Shown: positions 27,901 to 41,024 of the stretch, piece after piece | Layout: every line of letters starts with the position of its first letter | Position numbering within the stretch: position 1 is the stretch's first letter | From: Takakia lepidozioides | Taxonomy: Eukaryota > Plantae > Bryophyta | Direction: 5' to 3' | Length of the DNA stretch: 64,000 nt | Assembly: GCA_030704615.1 (NCBI GenBank) | Contig: CM060731.1 | Location: 1,426,001 to 1,490,000 of the forward strand | Notes under the pieces: model-generated | Databases searched by the model: none | What the model was told of the DNA's origin: nothing | What the model saw: the letters and a program-made list of their open reading frames with translations, nothing else | Program-made: the position numbers and the translations under genes

Positions 27901-30900
27901 ACATGGAGATACCGGAAGCTGTAACTATTGTGGAGGAGGTTACCGCCGCAAGGTCCAAGGTTAACATCTAGGAGGGTGAGCAGTACGAGCTGAAAGGCTC
28001 CCATACTGTTTGGAGGGCAGGGGGCAGAGATTTCTCCCGGCCCCTATCTATCGTTGTAGAAGCCATTTCTTCGGATAATTATGTTTCCCTACCGCCCTTG
28101 CAACTTGTCAACCCCTGAAGCCTATACACTCCAGTTACGTCTGATTCTGATCAGTCTTATAAAACTCAAAAGCCTATCTGACACTTGAGATCACCCTGCC
28201 CTATTGCACAGAGAGATCAAGGCACACAAGGCATTCAAAACCTGCTGGCATACGATTTTTGAGAAGCTGCCCAACACTTCCAAGTGCCCAAAATCACTAA
28301 ATGGCTTTGAAATTCAGCAAAGATATTACAGTTTAGTTTGCACGCAAGAGAAGCACATCTACACATACTGAAAAGGGGAGGCACAGACCTTAGGAGAGCT
28401 AGAAACCTTGGGAGAGCCATAGGTGTTGCTCCTCTCGGTAAGACGCTCAAATAGCTTTTCATTCTCTTGATGCAACCGCTGCTCGCAGACCCAACAGACA
28501 TGTTTCAAGAGTATTGAGAGTGGCAACCTTAGAAAAAATAGATTCCTCACCAATATAATTTAAGGTTGATGATCATTGATGTAATGTCTAACGTCAATGT
28601 TGGTTGCAAAACAGTTCAAAATACTACACACCTCAATCAGCTCATCGCGCTTGGACAATTCCTCCTCCAGTTTTTGATTTATAGCCAATGCATTCTCTGT
28701 CTCTGCTTGCACCTTCTGCAGCTCAGTAGTATCCACCCTCACTAGAGCTGCTTCAGCTGCTGTCTCACGCGCTTCTGCCAGTTGCTGCTCCAGCTCCTCC
28801 ACCCTCACCTGTAAGGTAATCCATGCAGTTCATAGTTCACGCATCAGCCTTACCAACATAATTTGCAGAATCGCATGACAAATCTGGCCATTTAATGAAG
28901 TAAAGGCCTGCATTGAGAAATTTTCTTGAACAGACAAAACCTACAAAACCGGGTAATCCTGAATCTAAATGGGTGGTCAGCGTCCAGCCATTCCTAGCCA
29001 TGGGTGAAAGATAGTTATACTGCCTGCTGTAGGCAAGCCCTTTCTCTGACATCTGGTTAACCATCTTTGTACATCACTATGGATATCTGATGGTAATCTT
29101 CCCACATCCTATCACCAGGGACGCCCTGAGTTCTGTGAAGCCATTGTCGCACCACAATGAACTCGAGTCCCCCCCATGACAAACGAATAACTCTCCTGGT
29201 TAGGTAGGTCAAACGTGATTGAGCCTCACAGCAGCTAAGATTGACTAAGAGACTTACTTCAAGAACCTCCAAATTTGTTGCACGCTCCAATAGTTGCACC
29301 TGGTGTTCCTCTTGCAATTCTGTGAGCTGAGACAACTGCACCTTGAGCTGCGAATTTTGGTCCTTGTCTAACCTCCTTTGTTCTAGTAATCTATTGTTTT
29401 CCACCTGCAACATAACATGTCCAAGGTTTCAGAGATAAAACCATTGAATAGAGTATCATTTAATACTGTTCTAGACACCAACACACTCTGAAGTGATCTT
29501 GAGGACATGCAAACCAGGCAGAAGTCGACAGACACTCCTTTGAATTGAGCTCAACAATGCCCGCAGAAATCTAGTAACGCTTGCTAAACAGCCTCAGCCT
29601 TGAAGACTGGGTCAACTAATACTCGGACAGTGGAAAAGAATGTGGTTTGAGGAGGCTAGTGTCACCTTGCATTTTTATTACCCAGCAATGTACTGCTTGC
29701 ATGAACACAGCTGCACTATTCACTTTCACGTATCATAAGGAAGCACAAGTTTGCACAGGACTGCCAGTGCATACACCACAGCCAGTCTGTAGGTCTAATA
29801 CTTTTTACAACCTACGCACAAGCACCTAGGACACTTACAAACAGACCCAAACTTGCACACATAAGCTCCTGCACATCCTATCCCAACCTGAAGCTTGGTG
29901 ACATGCAACTCATGGTTGGTAAGGTCGGTCTGCAAGGAAGCAGCCAATTTCCAAGCCTTCTGGACTTCAGAGAATAGAAGCAGGCACTGATCGTCGGCCT
30001 GTTTCAGTTCACGCTTCAAACGCATCGCCTCCCCTTGCACCTCTGCAAACTCCTTCTCCTTCTCATATACCTCCTTCCGTGCCTCGCTTGCCTGGTGCAA
30101 ACCAGGTTGCAAAAAATTCCATGACATAAGCACCATAGCTACAACCACTTTCAAACTGGCTTCCATGTACCTGTCTGCCCTTAAGCATCCTTTGTGAGAC
30201 AAGACAGCAAGGACACAAATGTGGTCTCAATACACATCTGCATGTTCAAAACGCACTAAACAATCAAATATCATTTACTTGAAAACAGAAGAATCATTAG
30301 CAGCACTGACAAAGGGAAAGAATAATTTATCCTCAGATACGCATTCAATCAGACAGAGACAAACCTCAAAAGGAACAAGATATAAGGCAAACAAAAACGT
30401 ACCACGTCCCTCCACTTTTTTATAGTGTCGCGATTGCCAAGGCTGAGCTCCACATTGCGGGCGCGTGATGCAAAATGAAGGGAAGACAATGTCTCTTGTA
30501 TGTCTCCAATGCTAGGGCTGACGTTCACAATAAGAACTGATTTGGATTCTCCCCCTGCAGCATCACCTTATATCTTACAGTTTGCCAGCTACCTATCTTT
30601 CCCAGAATAACTAGTCCACGCCTTCCCAGACATACAATTCTGGTTGCAGCTCCCTTCGACAACATGAACAGAGTGCAAGGTTGTGTACATTTTATTTTGC
30701 TAATAGCAGGATATCTTCACCAAAAAGCTCTGACAGAATTTCCTGATAAAAATGTAATGCTTACATCTGGATCTGAATAGTGTCCATAGAACTTCTGCTA
30801 CTAGCTAGTGACAACATTCCTATCCATGCCAAACACATACACACACCTTTGCCATTTGTCATCTGATAAGCCAAAGTCAGAAAAGTGGATATACCTAGTG

Positions 30901-33900
30901 AGTCAGCAAGAAGCTGCGTGAGCCTGGAGTTGCCATAGGGAACATGCTCTTTCTTTGCAGTCACTGCTGAGAAGATATCACCCAACCTGCTCACCAATCC
31001 AAACCATCAGCCTATCTGACCAGCGTTCCAGAGATGAGGCGGGCACCCTTGGGAACATAACATTAACTTCTAAACGCTACCAGGGCAAGATCATAACTCA
31101 CATTCTACTTTTAGAAGCAAGCAACAGAGGATAAATATACGTAGCAGAAATGAAACTTGAATCAATATTACAGAGTTTTGACATTAGAACAACACACACA
31201 CGTCTTGATGAAGACAACTTGCTTTGCACTCAAGTTCAATTACTGGATACAATATCCATTAGATTTCATACCACAGGGAAAAAGGCCGAGTACTAGGACG
31301 TGCAGTTTTAACTTACGCAGAGAGAGATTTATTAATGTGCAGAGATTCTGTCAGGCGATTCCCATTGGCCTCCGCCATGGACAATCGTTCGCTGCCAGCC
31401 ATGTCCACCAATGACAGCTTGCTGTATTGCTTCTCTCCAGACACAGTATTTATATAATGAATATGCAATGTCACCACCCTGATAACACCAAGTTATCGGG
31501 TCAGCATAAGTTCATCTGAAGTCTTGAGGGAGAGCATGGACAGGATGTTCTCTATAAGGAGGTAACCTAAGGACATAGACCACAATATAAAACAGGACTT
31601 TTTAGTATAAGGTCAACAAAGAGGGCAATCCCAGGAACACTGAAAGCCCACATGAATAATTGCATTATGAAGGAAGGTTGCAACAGTACAAGTGTGACCG
31701 GCTGCTTCGCTGTGTCTTTCCAGCATCCAAAAATCGCATTTGACTGCCCATTTTGAACACTCGGGCAAAGTCAGAGGGACTCTCGACTTTCTCCTCCAAC
31801 AACTCCACTGCATGGCTTGGTTCTCCTAGTAATACAGTGCCCTTGCTTTTGGCAGCATCTGCTGACTTGTATAGCAAGTCCCGTACCTGTCAGCACGACA
31901 CCAGCAGTGAGATCTCCAAGCATTCACAAATTGGGACATGCAAATGCATGAAGCAGGATGTACTCAAAGCTTGACATAGGACATTGCACCATCACACAGG
32001 GAAATGAAATGAAATGAAATGGTGCTTTATAACGTCCACGGAAAGCTCATAGAGCTTATGGGACAAAATGGAAGGAAGAACATGAGAGAAAATAGGAAAA
32101 CCAGAGTCAGAGAAAAGAACTATTGTTCGAGTGATTGTCTAAGGGTGAATGCCTCGTGCAGGTAGGGAGAAAGGTTAAGTTAGTGGTAAGGTAAAAGTCT
32201 TCAGTATATCCATGGAAGTATAGAGCAGACTCCATACTTGTAGGTAGCCAGTTGGTACAGAAAGATGAGGTAATATCCAAGGAAAGAATAGAGGCTCCTA
32301 AAAAGAAGAAAGAGGATAAAGGCTGCAGGCATAATTGTTCTCTCCTGTACTTGTTTGCCATTTAGTACTGTTACAACATCTGTGGGTTTTGAGGTTCACC
32401 TTTGCTCTTGGTTTCAGACAAAGCATGAGTCCTCAACTTTTAAGACTCCTTTTAAGCCCTCATGCCCTTTCACATTACGCAGAGGCAAACCATAACCTAC
32501 GGTGTGAACGCTATTTTCTGAAAAGCATGTCAAAGTGAGAGCCGAGTAGACTCTGAACTCACACACACAACAGGCACTGAAAAGGGCAAACAGGAGGCAA
32601 CCAGTGTCGCAGCTAAGTTCTTAGATGAAAGAAACATAATTCTTGTCGTTCACAGGAGAAAGCATGCTATTGGAAATTAAATGGACTGGAGAATGATGTT
32701 CCTCCTGTTCAAGTTTCTCTACTGGAGGAGGGACTCCAACAGACACTGAACTTGCCAACGTGCTCCCTGCTTGTTAAGAGCACAGAGAACACAAAAATTC
32801 ACAGCAGCACGGATGTACTATGAATAGAAGGAACCAGAGAGACTGAATATGTAGTCCCACCTGCTCATTATGAAGCTCAAACATTGTCACATAGAATGAG
32901 GACCTTGTTGTTGACATTGCCTCAGCATTGGACAAATCAAAGAGCTCCTCAAAAATCCTGAAGTATAATCCTCGATCATGGCTTGGTCCTTCCTGTCCAC
33001 CAGTGCAACTATGTTAACAGAACAACCATTAACAAAACTAAAGACATGAGTTTTGAAAGCCTCGTCACTCTACAGCTAAGGACAGTTTGTGCAAGCAAAA
33101 ATAAATTAGGTTGGTCCATTATTTATACCCCTGCACAGACTATCACCCCTGCCCAATATTTCCAAGAAAAAATGACAAGACCTCCCATCCTGCCCACAGA
33201 TTCTCTTTGTGGGCCCCATTCAGCTCTCTCCTGACCAACCTCCTCCTTCTAGGAGAATACGGCAAGAAAGAGTAGGTAAAGAGTGCATCACCATCTCATC
33301 TCTCTATCTCTCTCCCTCCATCTAATTTTTCCTATGCAGAGCAGAAGGCACCCAGAACAAGCTTATAATGTAGAAACCTTCATCACAGCCTTTGCGAGCA
33401 AGCATCTCTACTAGTGGACATTATGAAGTTCCTTTCTTTCTCCCTCTCACCGCCACAAACACAAAACCCTTGCAAATGTGTACCATCACCAATCAGAGCA
33501 GGCAAGGAAGAGATAGTAACCATGGTGTGAGTCTTCCCAGACCCTGTTTGCCCATAAGCAAAAATCGATACATTGTAACCATCCAGTGCTGATTGTACCA
33601 GCGGCTGTAACTCTTGAAAAAAGTCCCCTGCATGACCGGGTGGAGCACTAGGTTTTTCAGAGCAGTGTTATGGCAAGTTGTACAGCGGGTAATAGGTTGT
33701 AATTACCCAAAATAACCCTCTTATTTCATATTGTTTGCAGAAAAGCACATGCCCCAGAATCTCCTTGGATAAACTGAAGATTTCCTTAACACATCTGTCT
33801 CTCGAGGGATGGCATTTGTGAACAGACAAAAATGAAAGCCAGAGTGGGGTACGTAAAGGATAAAGATCACTTGACCCAATAATTTGCCAGGCTGAGAAGG

Positions 33901-36900
33901 ACAACATTCCACGAGCTTGAAAACAAGTCTCTGGAGCGGTTATCGTGCCTCTTCACCTAGCTTGCATTCCAACAGACTGAGATCCCAACTCCCAAAATTG
34001 GCGTGGCACTCCCACATCCACTACTGATCTCCCTACTGCATTTTGAGTTTGAAGCCACTTTTCTACCCAGATACACTGAAGATTGTGGTCCACGAGTCAT
34101 GCAACAAAAAAGTTTACCTTGAGAGACATGTGGGCCATAGACACGGTCAAATTCAAACTCCTTGTTTGGAGCAGCCCCGGCAGCAGATGGATTGACACGA
34201 AGAGTGTAGTCATCCGGAAATGCAGTGGCTGTAGGCCCTTCATCCTCAAATTGTGGTCTTACTCGACAAAACACACGCACATTACCTGTAGGAGGACATT
34301 CAACCACCATTTGGAGACATTTTCATACAGGACGACCTTGCTTCTTTAATTAAGGAGCTGGCATCCTTTAATGACACTTACAAGCCTGGGCAGGCTACTC
34401 AGACAAAGCTTACAACAGGTACCAACAGGGACTAATAGTCGGGAAAAGTCTGAAGTGCAGCAACAGTCAACAGAGGTTTCAATTGCATTGTAACAGCCAT
34501 GGGGGGCAGCATTGAATCAACTAACAGGCTAAGGGCAGAAAGCACAGTATCCATGTGTCCCTACATCCTTTAAAGGTCTCCTCCTCTTGTTCATCTTCTT
34601 CCACACCCCCCCCCCCCCCCCACCCCCCACCACCACCACCCCCCAAAAGTTGTGGACCCTAGCAGATCAAATATCTACTTTCTTATAACCTCTAAACCCC
34701 TTCGCTTCTCTCTCTTTACTACAGCCAATGTCGGTAAGGCAATCAAGAAGCTGCAAAATGGCAGAGCGGTGGACATTTCAGGACTTCAGAGTGAATTCAT
34801 CAAGCATGCTGCACCTACTTTAGCCCCTTTTATAGCTAACCTCTTCAATGAGGTGGTGCAACGGGGCTTTCCAACAGAGTGGACAAAAAGCATCATCCAC
34901 CCACTTTTTAAGAGCGGTGACACCGACAAACTATCGTCCTATCATGGTGTCCTCATTACTTGCTAAACTGTTTGGGGCAGTAGTGGCCATGGAACTGGAT
35001 GATTGGGCTGAGCACTCTCGCATTCGTGCTGAGGGACAGGCTGGTTTCCGTTGAAACCGATCCACTATTGACCACATCTTCACTCTTCAAGTTATGGTGG
35101 AAAGTGCACGCTATGACAAAAGAATGGTCTATGTTTGCTTCGTGGACTTTCACAAAGCCTTTGATTCAGTTCCTCGGGACCTTCTCTTCCAACGGCTCCA
35201 TAGAGTGGAAGTCCCTCCAGACATCCTTTGTGCCATCTCTTCTATGTATGAGATTGTCACTGGCATGGTCAACGTCGCTGGTGAATTCTCAGCCGAGATC
35301 CACAGCAACATTGGAGTCAAACAGGGCTGCCCCCTTTCACCTACCCTGTTTGGGATCTACATTGACGCCTTGGAGAATTACATATCAAAAAACCATGGGG
35401 TTGGGGTCCCATTGGATGGGGGACCAACCCAATCAGATCTCCTCTATGCTGATGATGTTGCCCTTTTGGCACAATCCCCGGTCTTTCTGCAACGCCATCT
35501 CAAAATTTTGGAACAGTTCTGCAAAGACTATGGGATGCAGGTCAATCTTAGCAAGACCAAGATCATGGTCTTCAATGGCCAGGCTGACCGTAGATTCATC
35601 TTCAACCAGCAGGAAATTGAGATTGTGAAATCATACCGGTACCTAGGTCTGGTTATCCACTCCCCCAAGTTTCACTTTGCAGCCACTGCCTTGGACAGGT
35701 TGACTAAAGGTAAGGCGGCCTCCGTCCGCCTTCAGGCCAAATGCAAGCAAATACATCTGCGGCATCCCCCGACCAAAAAGTGGCTGTTTGACACCGTCGT
35801 CAGCCCTGCTACCATCTATGGTTGTGAGTTCTGGGCACCTGGTGTCCCTGTCTCCTGGTGGGAAAAGAATTTGGAACCATTACAGTCATCTTTTCTCCAA
35901 GCAATGCTTGGCGCCAGGAGCACAACTCCATCTCAGATCCTAGGTGCAGAGTTCGCATGTGTACCATTGCAATCCGAGGCCCTCTTCAGGCTTACAATCT
36001 TTCTCCATAGATTGCAGGCCCTTCCACCCAAAGGGCTAGTGGCAAGGGCCCTCACAACATCTATGAGGCTCAAAGCTGCAGGTTTCAGGAACTCCTGGTA
36101 TGCTCGAGTGGACAGTTTATTTCAACGTAACGGACTTTCTACTGCTTTCCTATTACCAATGAACCCAGATGAGGTGGACATCACATCCAGACATGACCGC
36201 AACAGACTCATTCGGAGAGAGCTTATGGAATTACATGTCAAGAGAACTTGGATGCTACCCAATCTCACGACAAAGCTCCACTTCTATCGAGAGACATTCT
36301 TGGTGCTCCGCCATGATAGAATCTTGAGACCAAACTACCTTTCAGCACCCTTATCTCCTTCCCTCTTGAGGGCATTGGGGCGGTTCAGGGTGGGTTCCCA
36401 CAACCTACGGATATAGACTGGCAGATGGGAAAACCTGCAACGGGAGGACCGCCTATGTCCAGCTTGCATAGGGCGCAGCAAGGAAATTGAAACTGAAGAA
36501 CACTTCTTCTTCTACTGCCCTCTATACTACGAGATCCGTGGGAGATTTCACTGTTTATTCAGTGGAACCCAAACTCTCATTGATGTCTTTCACTATGAGG
36601 ATCAAAAATGCGTAGCAGCCTACCTACACGAGGCCTTCACCCTTAGACAATCGCTAGAACATTAATTGTGGTTTCTGGATTTGTTCCTCTCTCATGTTTT
36701 CTTCCATTTTGTCCCATAAGCTCTACGAGCTTTCCGCGGACGTCATAAAGCACCATTTCATTTCATTTCATTTCTCTCGCCCACATACTCTGTTGTGCTT
36801 ACGCCACACAACCGCCTCTAAGTTGAGGACTATGCCCACAAGGGAGCACTCCATTAATTAGTACATCCCCAGGCCTGGACAGGGGAAAATTGGGACTTGA

Positions 36901-38258
36901 AGTGCACCTTTCACAGTAATCAGCTCATTGAAAAGACGCTTTTTCTCTTTCTTCAGAGGAGTGATTTGAGAATCAGATTCCAAAGCCACCTGGTCTGCAG
37001 CAGCAATCATGCAAAATAAACAATTAACAAACTACAAGATAGACCTGTGATATTCTTTCCTTGCACCGGCCTTCTCCCAAGTAAACGCAAAAATTAGCCA
37101 TATGAACTTTTGGAATCAACATATCCCTCATGTCAATGCTTAGGTTATGATAAGGTGAGTCTTCACGAGGGCTTAAGAAACCCAATGTGTAGAAGGTACA
37201 GGTGAAGAAAGGCACCTAGTCGGCGAGCTTTGTCAGCCAGCACACCCAAATAGCGAGTCACCCTGGTAATTTTTGCATTAGAATACTCCTGTAAATCACT
37301 AGCTTCCTGCCTTAGCTCCACAAACTCATCGCGGGCACTCTATGCAGCATCCCACAACACTCATCAGTGGCAGAACAACTAGACTTCACCTGGAAAAAGT
37401 TTGGCAGGTCCCAATCTGACTATGGTCAGGGGAGAAACGCCTTACCTCCAAAATCCCTGCTTCTATCACGTAATCAAAGAATCGAACCCTAATATTGAAG
37501 ATGCTGAAAAAGACGTTCAGCTTGATTAGACCTGGACCTTACTGGCTTGTTGAGCTTGTAAATTTGCAGCTAGACCTTAATCACTGCTCCAATTACTCTG
37601 TGCGCTCCCAATATTACAAGCTTTTTAACCATGCTTCAGATTTTAGAATATGTGGGAAATTTCACGATCTTGTGCATTGTCAACTGGGGAACCCACCATA
37701 CTGAGGAGCTTCATCAACAGCGTCGTGCTTGAACAAGAGACCATGGCAAACATGTGTTAGCTTCAACATTAGCGTATGCTGCAGGCATGCATGATATTCA
37801 AAAGGAATTAGGTGGCCAGTACAGCACCCTCCTGAGGCGTTTCAATTAGGACCCCGGTAAAATTAGAGAGGAGCTAATTGAGAGTCCGGAAGCGCTTTAT
37901 AGGAGTGTCTGGGCGGAACTCGGGGCAGGGTTTAAAGAGGTGACGGGTCCAAGTGATGCTCTCTGTGCAACGGAAACGGAAGACACAGAGAGAGAGAGAG
38001 AGAGTTGTAGATAGCACTTACAGAAATTCTGTCTCTCACTTTCAAAACTTTGCTCACAAACGCTGTTGATTGCATTCTCTGTTTTGGGATCTCATGGGAA
38101 GGACCCACGCCGCTTGGCATTGACAATCTTCTCGAGTGTGAAGAACTTTGCATAGGGTCAGGTGCCGAATCATCATTCACCTCCTCCACGTCTGTCTCAG
38201 AAGGTTTATATGTTGGCAAACCCCAGCTCCACGAGCTTCTCACTCCTGCATCCCCCAT
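21962..38258 (-). CDS. KAC: Kinesin-14 family KCA/KAC protein (chloroplast movement and anchoring kinesin), about 22 exons
   Basis: The first exons are 38258-38022, 37339-37216 ([16 protein letters not shown]), 36994-36908, 34285-34118 ([11 protein letters not shown]), 33627-33521 (P-loop GQTGSGKT), 32992-32861, 31886-31690 (SSRSH), 31478-31317 (DMAGSE, INKSLS), ~30986-30895 and 30554-~30403 ([15 protein letters not shown]). Coiled-coil exons follow, then KCA C-terminal motifs ([47 protein letters not shown]). The stop is at 21962. Confidence 0.95.
27844..28183. mobile_element. 340-bp intronic insertion, solo-LTR- or MITE-like
   Basis: It is bounded by 8-bp inverted termini TGTCAGAT...ATCTGACA (TG..CA). 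The flanks ATTCC and CTTGA do not form a TSD. Confidence 0.45.
32001..32166 (-). mobile_element. Short 5'-truncated copy of the LINE family found at 34.7-36.8 kb
   Basis: The reverse complement encodes [14 protein letters not shown] and carries the same 3' UTR (CCATTTTGTCCCATAAGCTCTA.GAGCTTTCCG.GGACGT.ATAAAGCAC) and (CATTT)4 tail as 36619-36774. Confidence 0.9.
34690..36774 (+). mobile_element. 5'-truncated non-LTR retrotransposon (RTE/RTEX-like LINE) in KAC intron 3, inactivated
   Basis: RT motifs [35 protein letters not shown] and YRYLG are present, with a C-terminal CPAC..EH..C zinc finger past a TAG at 36414. There is a frameshift at ~34935 and a TGA at 35052. No endonuclease domain is seen, and the tail is (CATTT)4. 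Confidence 0.92.
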
Positions 38259-41024
38259 GTATCTGTCTTTCTCTCACCCACCCTCTAAAGGAGTGGCAAT
38301 GGTGTACAGAGGACAGAGCAGATCTGGGAAGCAGGCATGGGAACTAAGCAGTGAGATATCGACCAATACGGAGAAGCAAAGTAGCTCAAACAATCACCCT
38401 TACGGAGAGTCAACTGTGAGCAGATTTGCTAGAAGCGCACTCAATTGGCCCTTGATGATGCAACACATCGCAAACCAATAAACTCTCAAATGCGAGATAT
38501 GCCAGCACCACAGCAAGTGTAGCCAAGAAGCAACTCGCCCATCAACACAAAGAAAGAAGAGAACAATTATGGCGGGAAAGGCAGTGACTCTCAAACTATC
38601 CCAACAATTGGCGCCAATCTCCCCACAAACCCAGCAACCATCACTCGGTCACGAAGCAAAGCTCGAACGAGCTCACCATCACGGCTCAAGCTCTAGCCCG
38701 AGCATGCTGCAGACAGGCATAGCCCGGATACAAAGCTTGGTAACAGGGAGGGGCAGGGTTTGTAGGTGTGCGGCCATCTACTTCTCCGTTTCATCTTCCT
38801 CTAATTTTTTACCTTTGTTGGGTCTTCTCTTCCACTTTCTCTACTAGTAAAGCACTGTGGACAGAACATCACTTCGGTTCTTCTTCTTCTAGTTTCTTTT
38901 GAGAGGGTGGTTTTCATTCAACACCTACTACTGAACCCCTCAATCCAGAGCTCTCAAAAATCCGCAACCAGTAGGTGAGCTAAATGAAGGTATTAATTGA
39001 GAGAGGCATGCATGGAAAGTGGGTTTTTAAGGAATTTTACCCCTCTTCATATGACTGACAGAGCTGCTAATCTCTGTGTTGGAGTGAAGTCAATGGATCG
39101 AATGCAGTGCAAAGAATCATAATGAGTGGGTCAGTGTGATAAGGTGATGTTCAAATTGGATCATAATGTTGACTCACTACTTGCTAACTTCAAACCATTG
39201 CAGTAGGTACTACTTGTTAGTGAGGATTTGGGCACCCTTCATCTGAGCCCATCCGATCTTGTCTATGAGACTTTCAAAGTGAGGAATTCCTGGCATCTCT
39301 GGATTTCCATTTGGCAGGGATTAATCATATCTCAAAAGTGTCAGTGCAGGCGGACCCATCTCTCTTTGTTGATGGCCAAGTGTTATCATATGTTCCAAAT
39401 TCTGAGAGGTTTGCACCGTTTGCACTAGCTGACAACAATGATGTGGAAAGTGCCCATCCAGATCGAATTTCCCATATTGGATAAAAGTGAATTGGGGCCT
39501 TAGTACTCTAGGGGGACAGAATTGCATGTAAAAACACCCATTGCTTCTCATGTAAACCTGACCTTATGGTCCACATGTCAGAGGACATGATTTTTTCACT
39601 CAACCAATGGTTTGATTATGTGTTTTCACATTTGCAAACAACTGTCCCAAAATTTTGTTTACAGGTAACAAAAGTCTCCACCTGAGGAGTTTGTGGCATC
39701 TAAGCCACGCCCATTGGTTACAAACCTAGAGGCCGTAGAGTTTCTCAGGCATAAAGACCTGTGAATCCTAGATGATATGCAACATTGGACAACACAGTGG
39801 AACCAATGGTTCCATGCTCCCACCCGTAGGTTCCACTCTCTCACCACTGAGGGAGTCGTTCAAGCTCATTAAGTCACTGTAAAATACACTGGACAGTTCA
39901 TGTGGGCAGACGCGAACAGCCTCCAGGGAGGACGTTATGAAAACATAAGGTGTCCGGACGGGTTGTTGGGGCACCTTCTGAAGCCCCATGCCCAGGTTCT
40001 TGCTGGGGTATGTTGACTTCACGCAGGGTAAGGCTCCTACCCACGGTCCTCCACTAGTTTTCAAGTCGATCTGCCCCCTAGGGCGGTACCCAATACAAAA
40101 CCAGAAAAGAAAAATCTTACAATCTCTCAATTCCTGTAAATAAATTGGAGGTCCTACAAGGGATATCAGGTATTACTATAAAATCACCTCCTAAGGTCCA
40201 TCACTCTCAGACTCCCAAAGCTTCCCTTCTTAGTTTGACAGTTGCCTGCAATACATCAGAGGTGCATCATACCAACATTGCACTGACAATGGAGGTCATT
40301 TATACTATTTGTAATTGCGGCAATGCTCCATTAACGAAATGGCATAACGGTGTGTGAAGCAAAAGAGTGTTCAAAATCCCTCAAGATGACAAGTAACTTT
40401 ACACTCCAGGGTACTCCTTTCTGGGTTTTAATACAAGACCACCATCCACATACCACCAAATACCACCATAACCATGAAGTTAGAATTCTTTAGACAACAC
40501 CCGAAAAAACAACAACAACAACACAGTAAAGGAAAAATCACTAGTATTAATTTGAGATTCAACTCAATTCTGCCCTGTGCATTCACATGATTACACGGGA
40601 AACCATTGCCTTCAAACATCCTGATAGGACCTTTCTACCTTCAATGGACTCCTGAACATTTGAGTATTGTACAAAGGAACAACATTTACAACAATTGCTA
40701 ACTAACTAGTCCACTATGGAAGATTTGACTCGAATGGTTGGGACACAAAAATGCTGGTAAGAAGAATCAAACATTTCATCTCTTCTCTTTGGCCCAACAT
40801 GGTTTCATGGTGTTCCTTAGATAAGCTACAGAAGCTTACCAAACTTGGCCAACACGACTTTCCACCTCACAGAGCTGAAATATCGGACAGCTTGCTCTGC
40901 TCTCATTTTCGGGACTTACTCTGTTTCTCTGCAATGGCAGGAAGTCCTCTACAGGAACCAAGCCCACGAATATGGTGATTTTAGATCCATCTCCTGTCGC
41001 AATGACACCACAGTAGCTTCTGCC

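Noticed and set aside
39200-40400. TE or LTR remnant between KAC and API5
   Set aside because: It looks repeat-derived, but no termini, TSD or domain could be supported.
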